A stretch of DNA of 26,625 nt, from the IMG/VR virus record IMGVR_UViG_2663762966_000001, positions 62,001 through 88,625 of that record, one strand, 5' to 3'. The translations under genes were made by a program, and so were the position numbers. This document shows positions 24,525 to 26,625 of this stretch, piece after piece. Under the pieces are notes generated by a model, which was not told where the DNA came from, did not search any database, and was given only the letters and a program-made list of their open reading frames with translations. This DNA comes from an uncultured virus (IMG/VR IMGVR_UViG_2663762966_000001) (taxonomy: Duplodnaviria; Heunggongvirae; Uroviricota; Caudoviricetes). The number at the start of each line of letters is the position of its first letter. The stretch's first letter is position 1.

Positions 24525-25424
24525 TTATCGATTCACAGGTTCGAAAGGAAAGCGTTTTAAAACCTTCCCAAGTTCAAGCACCTCATCTTTATGAAGAAAA
24601 TCCCACAATTGATTAAAGCGTTCACGCAATTGCACAACATTAACTGGTGTGTGGTGTAGTGAATATTGCTGTACAGAAACTGCTCCGCTTTCTTGAATCG
24701 ATATCCAAAAGTTTTTAGGTCCTTTTGGAGATTGATACTTTAGCTCCTCACCTAATTGCTGTGCAATGTCATAAGCAAGAGGGTTTTCTAATGCTGGATA
24801 ACGAGCAGCGAGATTATCTACAAACTTTTCTAAACGTTTAAGTGTATCTGTTTCAGCTGGAACTAGCTCTTGTAACGGCAAGAGCTCAAGATACTGCTTC
24901 GCCTCATCAAAATGGATTGAAAGCAATTGGCTATATTTAGCAATTCCAAAGTGGCGATTATGACGAATCCACATTGAAGCTCTTAAGCTTCGATCCCTCC
25001 CTGCACGGCGATCAACTATCTCGTGCAGTGCATTTTGTTGTTCTGGAGAAATGGTTAAGCGTTGGTTTATTGCTTGCCCTTTAGTCCAGTATTCCCACAG
25101 CACATCGTCGCACTCTTGCTGGTACATGATCACAGTATCTCGAATTTCGGGATTAACCTTGTTTGGACTTATAGTCATTAACCATCCAAAAAGCTTACGA
25201 ACAGGTAAACAAACCATATTGTACTGTTTACCATCTTTTCCAGTTGTCACTATTTCAGTGATAACTGAACTAAATCTTTGTTTTAACTTTTCATATTGTG
25301 ATTGCCATGTGAGGCCCATTCCTTCAACAATTGGGCGCATTGCAGTAAATGGCTGATTGTTGAATTCAATAATTACTAAATCAGCACTATGAAAAGGTAC
25401 ATTAATTTGTGTTAAAGTACGCAT
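24525..25424 (-). CDS. Antirepressor with P22_AR N-terminal domain and ORF6C-like domain
   Basis: Start MRTLTQINVPFH (AGGAG RBS). Motifs MRPIVEGMGLTWQSQ, CLPVRKLFGWLMTISPNKV and YQQECDDVLWEYWTKG match the P22 Ant N-terminus. Confidence 0.9.
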   Translation of the reverse strand: MRTLTQINVPFHSADLVIIEFNNQPFTAMRPIVEGMGLTWQSQYEKLKQRFSSVITEIVTTGKDGKQYNMVCLPVRKLFGWLMTISPNKVNPEIRDTVIMYQQECDDVLWEYWTKGQAINQRLTISPEQQNALHEIVDRRAGRDRSLRASMWIRHNRHFGIAKYSQLLSIHFDEAKQYLELLPLQELVPAETDTLKRLEKFVDNLAARYPALENPLAYDIAQQLGEELKYQSPKGPKNFWISIQESGAVSVQQYSLHHTPVNVVQLRERFNQLWDFLHKDEVLELGKVLKRFPFEPVNR

Positions 25425-25484
25425 GTTGTTGCTCCTATGCAATGACAGGCCTCGTTTTCTTTCCACGGACTGCGAGGCTTTTTT
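25425..25484 (+). ncRNA. Putative Sar-like cis-antisense RNA
   Basis: Extended -10 TGtTAAAGT (25410-25418) lies within the first codons. Hairpin GCCTCG...CGAGGC with a T6 run at 25449-25484 faces the plus strand. Confidence 0.5.
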
Positions 25485-25488
25485 GTGG

Positions 25489-26433
25489 TTAAAAATTTAC
25501 ATATTGTTCTTCTGTTAGATTACTTAATAAATTAAAAAAAGTAGGTCGAGTTTCCTTAGTTAATTTCTGTCTAGGAAATTCACTTAATATTTTGACTGCT
25601 TCCACAGGATCTAACTGTGAAGTAAATGGAACTGATAATTGAATAAATGATGTTTTATCTGTTTCCAAAGCTGTATCCAGCACATCTTTTACTTCATTGT
25701 AGCGCGGCTTCCTTTGCGCGGTTAGGAAAAGTCCATCAAAAATAATATAAATCTCGTTTAATCCTGGTAATTGGACTTTCGCAATTGCTCCCATGAGGGG
25801 CAAATTAGTTTCAGGCCCGTCATCTCTACTAAACCCATCAGTAGGTGTACGATAAGTCGCAAATAAGATTACTTCTTGACAATTAGGTAGCTTCAAATAG
25901 TCGAGCAAATTAAGACAATTTCTCGTGGTATTACTTTCGTGATATCTGTGAGCAATTATTAAATCTTCATTATTGTAGAGCGAGGCAAGATAATTCGCAT
26001 AGGGTAAATATCTTTGGCAAGATTTGGTTATGTAATCTGATCTAGAGGAGAAAAGATTTGAGTTATGTACTTTATCTTTTAGAAAGTCATCAATTTTTCG
26101 TGTTAAAGATATGGGAATTGTAACGTTAATCTTTTCAGTCTTTTCCGCATAGATTGATGTATCAATTGTTATGACATGAAAAAAAACATCTTTATCACGT
26201 TTTTTAAATGTTACTGAATTAATTTCAGTCGGCTCAGGAATATCAAGACCTTGGTCACTTAGAAAATCAAAATACTCAAGCGTCTTCTCATATACCTTCC
26301 TAATCACCTCGTCATAACTGGAACCAGTAGCATTAATATTCGGTTTATCAAAAAGTGCAGCCTCATAAATATCTTTTTTAAAGAAAGACTTAGATTCTGT
26401 AATCTTTACAGCAACTGTATAGTTTTTCACCAA
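25489..26433 (-). CDS. HicB-like antitoxin/RHH regulator with about 170 aa C-terminal extension
   Basis: HicB pattern Y-x-V...D-x-P...ATG-x-S-x-DE...GLDIPEP, then RHH EKINVTIPISLTRKIDD...SRSDYI. The C-terminal half is unrecognised. The start is probably GTG at 26430. Confidence 0.75.
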   Translation of the reverse strand: MVKNYTVAVKITESKSFFKKDIYEAALFDKPNINATGSSYDEVIRKVYEKTLEYFDFLSDQGLDIPEPTEINSVTFKKRDKDVFFHVITIDTSIYAEKTEKINVTIPISLTRKIDDFLKDKVHNSNLFSSRSDYITKSCQRYLPYANYLASLYNNEDLIIAHRYHESNTTRNCLNLLDYLKLPNCQEVILFATYRTPTDGFSRDDGPETNLPLMGAIAKVQLPGLNEIYIIFDGLFLTAQRKPRYNEVKDVLDTALETDKTSFIQLSVPFTSQLDPVEAVKILSEFPRQKLTKETRPTFFNLLSNLTEEQYVNF

Positions 26434-26478
26434 GAACTCCTTTTGAATGATATTTCAGATTTTTAGACACCTTTTTTA

Positions 26479-26506
26479 ATAATAGTTCTAAAAAAAATAT
26501 TGTCAA
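26479..26506 (-). promoter_or_regulatory. Putative promoter directly upstream of the HicB-like gene
   Basis: TTGACA (26506-26501)-16 bp-TATTAT. Confidence 0.55.
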
Positions 26507-26625
26507 CAAATTTAAAATCAAATAGTTATTAATAAAAATTCAACTTATTGAAATTATTAATTTTAAATTTATAACCCCAAGATTCCAAAATTAAAGATTT
26601 ATAGAGTTACAACTCTATACTGTGA

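Noticed and set aside
1..26625. CRISPR array, retron or DGR elements, att sites
   Set aside because: No regularly spaced repeats, reverse transcriptase, template/variable repeat pair or integrase was seen in the window.

Overview
Positions 1-22996 are most of the late region of an Acinetobacter-type temperate siphophage, almost all on the minus strand. Right to left it carries nin-like genes, a Q-like antiterminator, a lambda pR'-like late promoter, a P22 gp3-like small terminase, large terminase, portal, minor head, scaffold, capsid, neck genes, tail tube, a tail chaperone with a GGGAAAG -1 frameshift, and the 5' part of the tape measure gene. A 4.8 kb accessory block sits between the tail chaperone and the tape measure gene and holds three self-contained morons: a Panacea antitoxin with a MazF/PemK-like toxin, a P22 immI-like mnt/arc/sar/ant module whose KilA-N antirepressor is frameshifted, and a four-gene envelope operon (YdcA-like, DUF4236, GPRGG-motif protein, lipoprotein). 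A GIY-YIG nuclease gene lies between Q and the late promoter. At 22996/22997 the phage is cut abruptly and joined to a GC-rich sul2-glmM'-CR2 ori segment. Next come the last 104 bp of ISAba1, a second intact antirepressor and an orphan, C-terminally extended HicB-like gene. These right-hand junctions may be contig joins rather than biology. Three genes (both antirepressors and the nuclease) share a sar-like antisense promoter plus hairpin architecture. Family assignments come from motif recognition and recall, not from searches.
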